This document shows, in pieces, positions 1 through 13,246 of a DNA stretch of 64,000 nt (position 1 is its first letter; each line of letters opens with the position of its first letter). Under the pieces are notes generated by a model. The model was given only the letters and a program-made list of their open reading frames with translations. It had not been told where the DNA came from and did no database searches. A program made the translations under genes and the position numbers. Source of the stretch: Vicinamibacterales bacterium (GTDB taxonomy: Bacteria > Acidobacteriota > Vicinamibacteria > Vicinamibacterales > JAMQPK01); contig CAVZIS010000011.1 in NCBI GenBank assembly GCA_963775345.1, forward strand, positions 161,030 to 225,029, read 5' to 3'.

Positions 1-367
1 GGCCGCATGCCCGGTCACATGAATGTGCTGCTCGCCGAGGCCGAGATTCCCTACGATCGGCTGGTGGAAATGGACGACATCAATCCCGAGATGCCGCGCG
101 CCGATGTCGCGCTGGTCATCGGCGCCAACGACGTCGTCAATCCTGCCGCGCGAGCTGGACAAGAACAGCCCGATCTACGGCATGCCCATCATCGATGCCG
201 ACAAGGCGAAGGTCGTGCTGGCGATCAAGCGATCGATGAACCCGGGGTTCGCCGGTATCGAGAACGACCTGTACTTCGCCGACAACACACTCATGTTGTT
301 TGGCGATGCGAAGAACGTGATCGGGGAGGTGGTGAAGAACCTCAGCGGGCAATCAGGAATGCACTAG
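1..367 (+). CDS. pntB: NAD(P) transhydrogenase subunit beta, C-terminal part (5' truncated by window; frameshift near 150)
   Basis: [26 protein letters not shown], then SPIYGMPI...[17 protein letters not shown]...LFGDAK in a second frame. Confidence 0.95.
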
Positions 368-1036
368 CGGTTCTGCTGCGTAAAGCCGTCGAATATTCCC
401 GAATGCTGGAAATCAACCGCAATGATGATCAAGCCGATCATCCCGACTGAGACCGCCGAGATCAAACAGCCGCATCTGCACTCCCGCAATCGTCACGATC
501 GGCTTGACAAACAGCATGAGCGCGCCTGATTGAAAGCAGGATCCGCAGCTCGGTCGGCCCCAAGCCCCAGAACGACATCTGAAAGCTGCCCGACGCAGTA
601 GGTCGCCAGGTAAATCTCAATCGAAAGCATGTAATAGGCGACGAGGAAACCTGCAGCGACCAGAGGCGTCATGTACCCGGAAATTCCAGACCTGCCAGGA
701 CGAAAAGCGCGCCGAAAGTATCGAGGATGTGGTCGACATAGAACCCGTATCGAGGCCGTTGATGGCCCACGGACTCGCGCGAGGGTCCCGTCGAGACTGT
801 CGCCGAACCAGTTGAGCGCGAGAAACAACGGGACACCAAGCACGGCGGAATGGAACTCAGTGGGCCATCGCGAAGCATGCGCCAACCAGGAGCATCGAGA
901 GAAAACCGATCGAGGTGAGATGGTCGGAATTGATGCGAGCGGGCATGCGGTGGGCGAGCCAGATCAACACCCGCCGCTCGATTGTGTTGAGTAAACCTGT
1001 CGAGCTCCGCTGAGCTTCGGTGAACGTCTCTGCCAT
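353..1036 (-). CDS. CDP-alcohol phosphatidyltransferase family protein (frameshifted)
   Basis: [36 protein letters not shown] across ORF fragments. Confidence 0.85.
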
Positions 1037-1083
1037 TCGGCCTCCCTGCCGATATATGCGTGCCAGAGAGGCCAAATGGCTCA

Positions 1084-1284
1084 CTATCGTTTTTTGCCGC
1101 CCTTGCGAGACCGCTTGCGCGGGACCTTACCGCCCGCGCGACGCGCCTCGGACAGACCAATTGCAATGGCTTGCTTGCGACTGGTGACTTTCTTCCCTGA
1201 GCGTCCGCTGCGCAGCGTGCCGCGCTTGCGCTCGTGCATGGCCTTTTCGACTTTTTCAGAAGCCTTCTTTCCGTACTTCGCCAT
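1084..1284 (-). CDS. small basic protein (DUF6496-like)
   Basis: KVEKAMHERKRGTLRSGRSGKKVTSRKQAIAIGLSEARR; GGAG RBS upstream. Confidence 0.8.
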   Translation of the reverse strand: MAKYGKKASEKVEKAMHERKRGTLRSGRSGKKVTSRKQAIAIGLSEARRAGGKVPRKRSRKGGKKR

Positions 1285-1543
1285 TGATGCTCCTCTCTCA
1301 ATCGCGTCGCATCGCCTTTGTCTGCAAACTGGCCATGTTGTCGCTCGGGTGACATCTGCGTGGGCGAACCAGCGCACTGCCGGCTATAACCGGCCGCTGA
1401 TCGCCATCAGAATCAACACGACAAGGGCGAGCCAAGGACCAGCACAATCAATAGCAGAAAGAGTGAACGAGATCACTTGCTCCCGAGGACAGCAAGCAAG
1501 GAACAGGCCGGAATATTGCAGGGACGCAGTTGCCTGGAGGGAC

Positions 1544-2008
1544 ATGATGGCTGACGTGACGCGCAAGGAGCTGATCGATTTGCTCAATGAAGATCTCGCG
1601 AGGGAGTATCAGGCGATCATCGCCTACGTCGTGTATTCGCAGGTGCTGAAGGGCGCCGAGTACATGGCGATTGCGCAGGAATTGGAGAAGCACGCAGGCG
1701 AAGAGCTCAGTCACGCGCTCATCGTCGCCAAGCTGATCGATTATCTGGGAGGAGAACCCGCTGTCGCGCCAAAGCCGGTAAAGACGTCCGAGAAACCCAA
1801 GGACATGCTGCGCTTCGACCTCAACAACGAGAACGACACGATCAGGAACTATCGTGAGCGCGTCAGGCAGTGCGAGTCACTGGGCGAGTACGCCATGGCG
1901 GAGCATCTTCGCGAGATCCTCAAGCAGGAGCAGGAACACCAAATCGATCTCGCGACGGCACTTGGCGAGGATCCGCCGGACGTGTCTAAACAAAGAGCTA
2001 AGGGCTAG
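1544..2008 (+). CDS. ferritin-like / bacterioferritin-family protein
   Basis: LNEDLAREYQAIIAY, EELSHA, QEQEHQ di-iron-type ExxH motifs; GGAGG RBS at 1536-1540. Confidence 0.85.
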   Translation: MMADVTRKELIDLLNEDLAREYQAIIAYVVYSQVLKGAEYMAIAQELEKHAGEELSHALIVAKLIDYLGGEPAVAPKPVKTSEKPKDMLRFDLNNENDTIRNYRERVRQCESLGEYAMAEHLREILKQEQEHQIDLATALGEDPPDVSKQRAKG

Positions 2009-2033
2009 AGAGCTAAGGGCTGAGGTTGCAGAG

Positions 2034-3281
2034 TTACGCGCTGAATTTCCGCCGCCGCGTGTCTCGGGACCAAGCCAGATGAGCAACGACACGGCAAGGC
2101 CGGACAACGCAATTGATGTGGTCATGGCGCGCCCAAGAACCACCCGGCATCGACCAGGTAGCCGATCGCGAATGACGTAAGGGAACCTGCCAGCGCCCCC
2201 GCGTGATAGCAGAACCCGGCGCCGGCGCCTCGAACCTCAGTGGGAAAGCGCTCGGTGAGATAGGACGGGAAAGCCCCCCACATCCCGTGAGCGCCAAAAC
2301 CAACCAGCAGCGCGCCCGCGAGGAGGAACGGCCAGCCTGCATCATCAGGTACAGGGGTGAAACAACGATTCCGAGCGCGGCGGCGATCGTGACAGCTCCG
2401 CGCCGCCCCAGGCGGCCTTCCGAAACACCTCCCCAGAATGCCGATCCGACGATGCCTCCGGCATTGAGCGCGATGATGAACGGCAACGTATTGAGCCCGC
2501 GGCCCTGTAGAAAGGTGGCGTACCAGTAGGTGACCGAGTAGTACGACACCATGAACGCTGCAGCAAGTATCGAGCAATGAATCGTTGTCGGCGAGCAGGT
2601 CCCTGCCGAAGATTCGGGTGAGCGACACCTTCGGCCGGGCGTCATGATTCACGCTCTGACCCTTGACCCAAATCGGGCTCTCGGCGACGTTGGTCCGGAT
2701 CCAAAGAACGAGAAGGGCAGGAACGGCAGCCAACCCAGAACATCGCCCGCCAGGCCTCGGCCATGCGCTCGCGAAAAACGGGATACAGCGTTTGAAAGAC
2801 GAGAGCAGAGAGCACATACCCCCACGCCCAGGCACCCTGAAGAATGCCCGAGCGCCGGACCCCTCATCCGATCCGGAAGGTGTTCGAGAGCGAGCGGCAT
2901 TCCCGCGGCCCACTCTCCGCCCATCCCGATGCCAAACAGCGCCCGGCAGGCAAACAGCATCGCGTAGGAGGTCGAAAAGCCACTGAGGACGCGTAAACAG
3001 CGAGAACCAGAGGATCGACAAGGATCAACGGAAGCTTTCTTCCCCAGCGATCGGCGGCCGATCCCGCCGCGGCGCCGCCGACGAGACGAAACATCAATGT
3101 CACCGTCCCCAACGCGCCGGCCAACGCATTGTCGACAGTGAAGCTTCGCTGAATATCGGCGAGCACAAATGTCAGGATCGTGAAGTCGAACCCATCGAGC
3201 ATCCAGCCAAGGAAACGCGGCGTAGAACGCCCGCTTCTGGTCACTCGTCAGGGATCTGAAATTCCGAAGAAATGCGATCAC
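2034..3281 (-). CDS. MFS transporter, sialate/carboxylate (SHS/NanT-like) type (several frameshifts)
   Basis: GWMLDGFDF, ADRWGRK, GIGMGGEWAAG, TERFPTEVRG, GPETRG. Confidence 0.85.
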
Positions 3282-3372
3282 TCGCCAGTAGCGTACCGTG
3301 GCGCTGTGCGCCAATGTCTCGTACGAATACACCAGCTTCTCTGATTTCTTCAGTGATTCACGCCATGGATTC

Positions 3373-3388
3373 TGGCGAGCCTCTTGCT
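3373..3388 (+). promoter_or_regulatory. possible sigma-54-type -24/-12 promoter
   Basis: TGGCGAGCCTCTTGCT = GG-N10-GC with TTGC, just upstream of the next gene. Confidence 0.35.
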
Positions 3389-3397
3389 ATGCGCACG

Positions 3398-4264
3398 ATG
3401 GGTTCGCATGCATTCATGTCCTCGGTACGGCTTGCTCGTGTTCCGCTTGTCTGGTGATTGGGCTTCACGGTGTCGGCACTCTTGCGCATCAGTCGACCTG
3501 CGACGCAAGTGCCGGCAGACGCAGGCACCGGACAGCCGGTCCAGGGCAGCCCGTCATCACGCAGGCCGCCGCCACAGGGAGACGCATCTCTTCCATTCGG
3601 GATGTCTGAAGAGGTCGGAAGCAGTCGCTTGGAACGCTGGAGATCGATCTGCATTCGGTCGTGGCATTGCCGCTGGCGACGGTGCTGGGCGCGGCGCTCG
3701 CTCTCCGCCCCCGCCGCCGCGGCACGCCGAATCGTTCGTCGCAGGTCGTGCAGACGCAGATCATCCTCGCGATCATCGGCGCCGTGGTCATGATCGTCGT
3801 CGGCACCAGCCTCGCACGAGCCTTCGGCGTTGTCGGCGCCGCGGGCCTCGTGCGATATCGAGCCAAAATCGACGACCCGAAGGATGCCGGAGTGATGCTG
3901 ACGACGCTCGCTGTCGGGCTGGCCTGCGGTATCGGCGTATACGGCCTGGCGATTTTCGCGACGGTATTTCTGATGGGCGTGCTCTGGGTCATCGAGTCGT
4001 TCGAGCCCAGCGCGCGGCAGCAGTTCATTCTCGAAATCAAAGCGAAGGAAGCGGGCAAACTTGCAGCCGAAAATCGAGGCGCTGCTTCGGCGCCGCCGTG
4101 TCCGATACGAGCTGCGCGAATCGAAGCCCGAGGAGTTCTCCTACATGGTGGAGATGCCAATGGAGGTGAAGACCGACAGCATCTCGGCAGAGATCATCGC
4201 GCTCGACCCCGATCCGGGCACGGGCGTGGAGTGGAAAACGGACGGCAAGAAAAAGGCAGCCTGA
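3398..4264 (+). CDS. DUF4956/MgtC-like membrane protein (frameshifted; start uncertain)
   Basis: VVQTQIILAIIGAVVMIVVGTSLARAFGVVGAAGLVRYRAKIDDPKDA plus C-terminal soluble segment in 4061..4264. Confidence 0.7.
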
Positions 4265-4271
4265 GGCCCGC

Positions 4272-5183
4272 ATGGAGCTTATCGTCCAGCCAGAAGACGG
4301 CCTGACGCCGTTGATCGTCGCAATCAAGAAAGCGACAAAACAAATTGAAGTCACGATCTTCCGCTTCGATCTGAAGGAGCTCCAGAAAGCGCTCGAGAGC
4401 GCGGTCACGCGCGGCGTAAAAGTCCACGCGCTGATCGCGCACACGACCGGTGGCGGCGCCAAGCGCCTGCGAAAGCTCGAGCTCGACCTGCTGGCGGCCG
4501 GCGTGACGGTGTCGCGGACCGATGACGACCTCGTGCGATATCACAACAAGATGCTGATGGTCGATCGCGAGACGCTGTACACGCTCGGGCTTCAATTTCA
4601 CACGGCTCGATATCGAGAAGAGCCGCAGCATGGGTGTTGCGACGAAAAACAAAGTCGTCGTCTGCCGAGGCGATCAAACTGTTCGAAGCCGACTCGACAC
4701 GGCAGCCCTATACCGCGAACTGCGATTCCTTCCTCGTAAGTCCGGAGAATGCGCGCACGGGCCTTGCGAAGTTCATCAAGAGCGCGAAGAAAGAGCTGTT
4801 GATCTACGACAAGAAGATCAGCGATCGCCAGATGCTCAAGCTGCTTCAGGAGCGAGCCAAGGCCGGGGTTGACGTGCGCATCATCGGGAAGGTCGGCAAG
4901 AAGGGCGAAGGGCTGAAAACGGCAAAGATGCCGGGTGGTCGCGGCTGCATATCCGCGCGATGTTGCGCGACGGACAGGAAATGTTTCTCGGCAGCATGAG
5001 CCTCCGCGCGATCGAGCTGGACAAGCGGCGCGAGTGGGCATCATCGTCAAGGAACGAGCCGCCGCGAAACAGTTCCGCGAGGTCTTCGAGCAGGACTGGG
5101 CAAAGACCGAGAGCGGCAGAAAAGCCCCGCCCGAGAAAGAGAAATCAAAGGACAAGGATGAGAAAGACGAGGCAGTCGCCTGA
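4272..5183 (+). CDS. phospholipase D superfamily protein (frameshifted)
   Basis: HNKMLMVD (HxK-x4-D) and second half LHIRAMLRD...LGSMSLR; two repeated PLD halves. Confidence 0.85.
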
Positions 5184-5208
5184 CTGCGCCTCGTCCCGCG
5201 GGCCGCGC

Positions 5209-6001
5209 TTTAGTGAAAAGTATGATTAAAGAATTTGGAAAAGGAAAAAAGGTGATGGAAAAAAAAGGTATTGATACTGCGCTAAGTGAAGGGTTCAATC
5301 CCGTAGTGTCCAGTAGCTAAGCTGAGGAGACGAATAGAGCCCGGTCCGAACCAAAGGACTCGACGAGGCGCGGGGCAAGAAGTAGAAGGAGAAGGGGAAG
5401 ATGGTAAAGAAGTAGAGATAAAAAAGGGAGGAAAAGAGATAGGAGATGAGTTAGAAGAAGGTATGGATAGAAAAAATAAGGGTGAGAAAATGTGTGGAGT
5501 AGGTATGAAAAGAAAGGATAAGGGGATAGATGAAAGAAGAATAGGTGGTGAGAGAAAGGGAGTAGAAGATAGAAGTAAGGAGAGATTAGATAAAAGAGGA
5601 ATAGAGAAAATTGTGAGAGAGATAGAACTGCCGCATCTTCCAGGGGCGCGCGTGCTGCACGGACGGCAACGTCGGCCACTGCGTGAGATAGTCTCACGCC
5701 TGTCCCGACGCGATGTGCAGACACACGCGAGAGAATGCGGAAAGTATGCTTAAACAGGCTGGGGAGCGGATTGGTCAACGCGACACGCTGGTTCACGAAT
5801 AAAAGGCGCTGTTCGAAGAGGGACTGCAGAGTGCGACGCTAGAAGGTATCGGGGACCCACGCGCGCAAGTTGGATCGCGGTGGCGGAAAAAAAGGTAAAG
5901 AAGAAAATAAGAGAAAAGAGGGTAGTAATAAGAGATGATGGTGAGGAAGGAATAGAGGTAGAGAGATAAGAGATTAAGGGTTAATGGGATAGAGAAAGAA
6001 A
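5209..6001. other. low-complexity, C-free purine-rich blocks (probable read artefact)
   Basis: no C on + strand at 5209-5276, 5377-5627 and 5885-6001; no credible ORF. Confidence 0.7.
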
Positions 6002-6300
6002 CAGTGGTTAATAAACAGGGAGTGAATGACTGCGACTTCTGTTGCTCAAGCAAGAGAGATAGAGGCTGCGGAACCGCTGCTGCAACTGCGCGATCCACTC
6101 AAGCAGTACGGCCGGCTTCTGCTCGAGCCGAGAAGCTCAATCGCCCCGTAGGCGGGTATGCAGATGCACAGAATGCAGCTCGTCAGCAAAATGTAGGCCA
6201 ATAGAGTGGGGTGGCGGTCGATAGGGCGCAGCCCGACGGCGATCAGTGTGAAAAACAACGGCGGCGGCCACCGCCGCGGACGACCAATCCTGGTCGGCCG

Positions 6301-7497
6301 CTAATCCTGGAAGGCTCCGAAGCTCCAGAAAACCTGAACGCCTTCGCCGCTTCCGAACCCAACGTCAACGCGTCCGATCGTTTGCCGTTGCGCATGTAGC
6401 TGAGACTGAATCCCGTTCCCGTTCTCAAATGGTTGAACAGCTCGGAGGTGCGCGGTGCGACCTGGCCGGCATCGACGAAAACTGTCGCGTGCACGCTCTC
6501 GACGATCGGAATGCGATATTCCGCCTGCATGAGCACCAGATCCGGTCCCGAAACCGGTAGTTGTGGAAGCTTCGCAGCGTGGCCCGGGTTCCGTCGCTTC
6601 CAAGGAGATCCGGACGAAAGGACTTCAATCCTCCGCTCCCACCGAGGGTATACAGCATGTAAAACGGGATATCGGCACCGCTGTTGGTGCTCGCCACAAA
6701 TCCATGAAGCGTCAGACGCTGCCCATCTTTGAAGCCCGGTATTCGCTGCTGGACCTCAGCCTCCCACAGATGGAAATCGTGCTGCCCCGAATCGTGATCG
6801 CGCAAGGCTTCGACGGCGACCTGATAGGTGCCGCGATAGCCATTCGATCTTCACTCTTAGTGCCATGGCGGAGTGTAGCTGGGTAAATCAGCTCGGCAAA
6901 CCCGCGATATCGGCCGAACATGGGCTCTGCCGACGAAGGCAGGGAGCGTGCTCGCGGAGAAAGCGCTGTTCAATCGAAGGAACGGCGCGGTTCTTCCGGG
7001 CCAAATAAGGTTTGTACATCGAGACCGAGCCGCCTAGCCGGAGGTCAGGACCGGCCGGAACCACCCGCGTGTGCCGATGGTGGTTTCGCGCAGGCCGAAA
7101 CGCGGAACGGTCATCGACGACGAGTGTCCGGCCCGATCCCGAAGTAGTCGAGACGGTTCATGTGACGCACACCACCAAACGCCCAATTTGCGAGCGTGCT
7201 GTCGAGGAGCGGCGGCCGAATTCTCCTTCGAGCGACCAGTTTCGGCGAACTGGTCACCATCGCCTCGGCGTTTCTGTACCATCGCTGGTCGTCTTCCGGC
7301 GACTCATACCCAACTCCGAATCCAACACCGCCTCCCGACGCCACACCGCCAATGATGGGATGAAGCGGCTTTTCGAATGAACCGATCACGGGCTCTGCCC
7401 ATGAGGGTATCGGAAGGTCCGGAGAGTCAGATGAATCCTGCGCACTGGCAAGCTCGAGGCACGAAGATCAGCGAGATAAGCAGAGGGCGTGTCTCAT
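6301..7497 (-). CDS. BamA/TamA (Omp85)-like outer-membrane barrel protein (frameshifted)
   Basis: signal peptide-like start; IPFYMLYTLGG...LRSFHNYRFRDR, AEYRIP, VFVDAGQV, terminal FWSFGAFQD. Confidence 0.7.
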
Positions 7498-7925
7498 GCA
7501 CCTCAAGAATGCATGGGCCGTGCCCGGCAGTCCTCGACACTGTTCGATTCAGTGGACAAGTTTTACCGGAATCTCGCGCGGTACGGGGCTTGCGATGACA
7601 AACCTGCTGGAGGGAAATGTGAGATATTCGAAAAACAAACCGGAGCGAGCCGGGCGATGTGCTCGGAATCAGCAATCCAGGAGGACCGAAGTTGCCGCAT
7701 CCGCCATCGGACGGAAGCACACCGCGTGGCATTGATGTGCGCGGCGAGCGCCCACGGCATTGGGGAATTGAGGACGTGCCGCAAAGTGACGGCGCCGCGG
7801 GCATCGACATGGGCGGCGGCGGTGAGGGCCCGCAGATTTCGACAGAGTCTTCGATGCCGAAACGTTCCGACGAGACCTGATCGCCTGGCGCGCCGATGTG
7901 TCCGCCCGAAGCGCGCCGCGGACCG

Positions 7926-9720
<1,795 letters not shown>

Positions 9721-9993
9721 GACGAGCGTCCTGAACCCCAAATAGGTAATGTCGCACCAAACCTGTCGTACGTAGTGTCGGCTGAGCCGGACAGCGTTAC
9801 GGGCCACAGCCAGACTGTGGAGGGAGGGTCGGGGCGAAGCCTAACCCTGCTAACAGTTTAACAAGTGCCCCTGCCGCTTCGCGACCGAAAAACTGCATTG
9901 AACAGTGTTCGAAACGACAATTCCCGGCGCCGTGCTCCGAAGAGAGTGGTCTTTGGCGCCCATTTTCCCGATGGCCTCGGGGTCTCTGGCGCG

Positions 9994-10935
9994 TCAGCCT
10001 CTACCGCGCAAACGCGACTGGTTTGCGAGGAACCAGCGATAGGTTGATTCGACCCCTTCGCGCAGCGGAATTTTCGGGTTCCAACCCATTCGTTCCAGCC
10101 GTTGAACGTCGAGGAGCTTTCGCTGCATGCCATCTGGTTTGCTTTCGTCGAAGACCAGCCGCGCGTCCGGATAGACGATGGTTCGGACCAGGTCGGCCAG
10201 ATCCTGGATGCTCAGGTCTTCGCCGGTGCCCACGTTGATGTGCGAGTCGTCTTCGTATCGTTCCATCAGAAACACGCACGCGTCGGCGAGATCGTCAACA
10301 TGCAGGAACTCGCGGCGCGGACGGCCACTTCCCCAGATGGTGACTTCGCGCGTCCCGGCGAGCTTCGCTTCGTGAAATTTCCTGATCAGCGCCGGAAGAA
10401 CATGCGAGCTCGTGAGGTCGAAGTTGTCGTTCGGGCCGTAGAGGTTCGTGGGCATGGCTGAAATGAAGTTGCAGCCGTACTGACGCCTGTATGCCTGGCA
10501 AAGCTTGATGCCGGCAATCTTTGCCACGGCATAGAACTCATTGGTTGGTTCGAGCGCGCCGCCCAGGAGGTAGTCCTCGACCATCGGTTGAGGGGCTTCC
10601 TTCGGATAGATGCAGGAGCTCCCCAGATAAAGAAGCTTTCGGGTCTCGCAGCGGTAGCACGCTTCGACAACGGTGGCGTGAATCATCAGGTTGTCGTAGA
10701 TGAATTCCGCGGGGCGCGTACTGTTCGCAAGGATCCCTCCGACCGTGCCCGCGACCAGATACACATACTCGGGCCGGTTCGATTCGAACCACTGCCGGAC
10801 GGCTTCCTGGTTCCGGAGATCGAGCTGATCGCGCGAGGCCGTCAGAACCGTGAACCGCTCGCGCGCCAGGCGCCTGATGATCGCCGAACCCACGAGACCA
10901 CGATGTCCGGCGACAAAGACCTTCGGTTCAGTCAT
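9994..10935 (-). CDS. fcl: GDP-L-fucose synthase
   Basis: VFVAGHRGLVGSAI, LGSSCIYPK, YAVAKIAG, MPTNLYGPNDNF, REFLHVDD. Confidence 0.95.
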   Translation of the reverse strand: MTEPKVFVAGHRGLVGSAIIRRLARERFTVLTASRDQLDLRNQEAVRQWFESNRPEYVYLVAGTVGGILANSTRPAEFIYDNLMIHATVVEACYRCETRKLLYLGSSCIYPKEAPQPMVEDYLLGGALEPTNEFYAVAKIAGIKLCQAYRRQYGCNFISAMPTNLYGPNDNFDLTSSHVLPALIRKFHEAKLAGTREVTIWGSGRPRREFLHVDDLADACVFLMERYEDDSHINVGTGEDLSIQDLADLVRTIVYPDARLVFDESKPDGMQRKLLDVQRLERMGWNPKIPLREGVESTYRWFLANQSRLRGRG

Positions 10936-12279
10936 GCTCGATCTGCGGCTGAGCCAAATCGGATACGGATCAGGCCGATCAACACCATCAGTAGGAGCGT
11001 TGCGCCATCCCGGAACCGCCGGATGTTGGTCGAGCCGTAGGTGCGCGCCCGGTAATGTACCGGAACGTCGATCGCGCCGAGCGCGAGCTCTGCCGCGGGA
11101 AAGAGCAGCTCGAAATCGCCGAACGGATCGAAATCGCCGAAATCGCGACGCCACCGCACGAAGCGCTCGTAGTCGCGGCGGGACATGAGCTTCGTTCCGC
11201 AGAGACTGTCGCCGAGCGGCATATCCAGGACGTAACTCAGCGACTTGGCAAAGAAGACGTTGCCCAGATGGTTCAGAAATCGCATGGCGTCGCCTTCCAT
11301 CGGGTAGACCAGGCGCGTGCCATTGACGAAATCGGCGAGGCCCTGCGCAGTACGCTTCATAGAAACGCGTCAGCATCTCGGGCGGCATCGTGAGGTCGGC
11401 GTCGAGAATCGTCAGGATGTCGCCGGAGGCCTGCGAAAATCCCAGACGCACCGCATCCGATTTCCCCCGGCCCGTCTGGCGCAGCGCGCGCACTCGGAGA
11501 CTCCGGTCGTCCGTCCCATTTTTCCCTGACTCTTTCGATTTCCTCCCACGTTCCATCTTCCGAGTGTCCCTCGACGAAGATGACTTCCGTCTGCGCCTGA
11601 AAATCGGGAAGGCGGCTCAACGCGCTGTCGATGTTGCCGCGCTCGTTCCGGGCGGGAACGACAATGGTCAGCGATGGCCGTTTCTTCGGGACGCAGGCGA
11701 CAGGGCGTAAAACCGCGACCGTCACGAGCGACAGCCATCGTAGTGCCGGGATCGCAGGCATCACGATGTTCACGAGCGAACCGAGACCGAAGAAATGCCA
11801 GGGCAGGTACGCCACGGGTCGCGATCGAACCAGGTCGAATCCCGCGAGCCGCGCGATCTGAACCAGATCCATCCGTGTGACAAACGTGATTAATTCGGGT
11901 CCCTGCCGAGGCCCAGCACATCGGCGAGCCGAAAGAGCCACGACAGGTAGGCGTTGTACAGCACCACAACCACGCGACCGTGTCTGCTGAGGTGCGGCCG
12001 GACGTTGTCCAGCAGCTTCTGAATGTCGGTCGAGTGGTTGAAGTTACCGTTGAAGAGCACGATCGCGACGCCCGGCTCGGCCCGAAGGATTCCGGCCGCG
12101 GCTTCGGAAGAGGCAAGGCATTTCGCGGGTGCGTCCAGTGCGCCAAGGAGCAGTCCGGTGTCCGACGGCAGTGGATCCACGTGGACGACCCGATCGGCGT
12201 AGCGGGTGATTCGGGAGATTTCCCTCGCAACCAGGCCGTACGTCCATTGCTTGAGATGGCGAGCGAGCGCGCGCCGCAC
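10932..12279 (-). CDS. glycosyltransferase family 2 with degenerate methyltransferase-like N-terminal domain (frameshifted)
   Basis: IVVPARNERGNI, EGHSEDGT, ILDADLT, DSLCGTK, DPFGDFELLF, RARTYGSTNI. Confidence 0.85.
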
Positions 12280-12289
12280 GGCAGAGAGC

Positions 12290-12586
12290 CTAACGGGTAG
12301 CGAGCAATTTTCTCAACTTCACTTTCTTCATGCTTTCGGCAGGGCTGCTCGATGAGCCGTTCAGCCAGCGTGCGATGTGTCCGAGGCGTACCGAATGTTT
12401 GATACCCGGATTCCTCACCTCAACCTCGATCGCGGTCGTTTGACCTGGCGGGTCGTTCCAGTCTCCGGAGCGCAGAATCTTGACGCCGAGCACGGCTGCT
12501 TCAAACAGCGAGTCGGCTGTCACATCCACAGAGTGCTTGATGCCCCTCGTGTCGGTAAAGCTGACTGTGCACGCGCGATCCGCCAC
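12290..12586 (-). CDS. hypothetical protein
   Basis: clean 98-aa ORF (CTVSFTDTRGIKHSVDVTADSLFEAAVLG), co-oriented with neighbours. Confidence 0.7.
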   Translation of the reverse strand: MADRACTVSFTDTRGIKHSVDVTADSLFEAAVLGVKILRSGDWNDPPGQTTAIEVEVRNPGIKHSVRLGHIARWLNGSSSSPAESMKKVKLRKLLATR

Positions 12587-12589
12587 GAT

Positions 12590-12670
12590 GTAAATGCCAG
12601 GTAAGTAAATGCCAGGTAGCGCAGGCTCTTCAGGCCTGCCCGGAGTGCAGGGGCCTGCCCAGAGTGCAGG
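12590..12670. repeat. two short direct duplications
   Basis: gtaaatgccaggta x2 and ggcctgccc(g/a)gagtgcagg x2. Confidence 0.75.
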
Positions 12671-12715
12671 AGTGTAAGCGAAGGGCGAACAAAAAGCAAA
12701 ACCAGGCGCGGGCGA

Positions 12716-13246
12716 TTAGTTCGTGGCCATCGCCTTCTGGATGGCGGCGCGAAGCTCGGGCGATTCTGGTGCGATCGCGCTCGGAAAGAACGCCACGACC
12801 TTGCCGTCTTTGCCGACGACGTACTTGCTGAAATTCCACGCCGGCAAATGCCCTGACGCGCCGAGGAATCTGTAGATGGGCGACTGTCCCGGTCCAGGCT
12901 GCGTGGACAACTTTTCGAACATCGGGAAGGTCACCCCGTAGTTCCTCCGGCAGAACTCGGCGATTTGCTGGGCGGTTCCCGGCTCCTGACCGCCGAAGTC
13001 GTTGCTTGGGAATCCGAGCACGGAGAATCCCTTCGGGGACAATTCACGGTGCAGCTTCTCGAGGCCGTCGTACTGCGGCGTGTAACCGCACTCGCTGGCG
13101 ACGTTGACGACCAGCGTGACCTTGCCGCGGTAGGCCGCAAGGTCTGCGGGCCGGCCCAGAAGGGTCTGGGTTCTGAGATCGTAGAGCGATGGAGCCTGCG
13201 CAGCAGCCATCACGAAACTACCCACGATGTAAGCAACGAGGGCTAG
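12716..13246 (-). CDS. glutathione peroxidase family (Cys-type); start uncertain
   Basis: VVNVASECGYTPQY, LGFPSNDFGGQEPG, WNFSKY. Confidence 0.93.
   Translation of the reverse strand, partial: LALVAYIVGSFVMAAAQAPSLYDLRTQTLLGRPADLAAYRGKVTLVVNVASECGYTPQYDGLEKLHRELSPKGFSVLGFPSNDFGGQEPGTAQQIAEFCRRNYGVTFPMFEKLSTQPGPGQSPIYRFLGASGHLPAWNFSKYVVGKDGKVVAFFPSAIAPESPELRAAIQKAMATN

Noticed and set aside
3455-3457. In-frame TGA near the start of the DUF4956-like gene as recoding
   Set aside because: Region is riddled with indels and the start is uncertain; no supporting signal
5317-6098. Leu/Phe/Ser-rich minus-strand ORFs as membrane proteins
   Set aside because: They are translations of the low-complexity G-free strand
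7560-7925. Small gene between the Omp85-like gene and ftsH
   Set aside because: Only short motif-less fragments; cannot support a call
12716-13246. Selenocysteine glutathione peroxidase
   Set aside because: Active-site codon is TGC (Cys)
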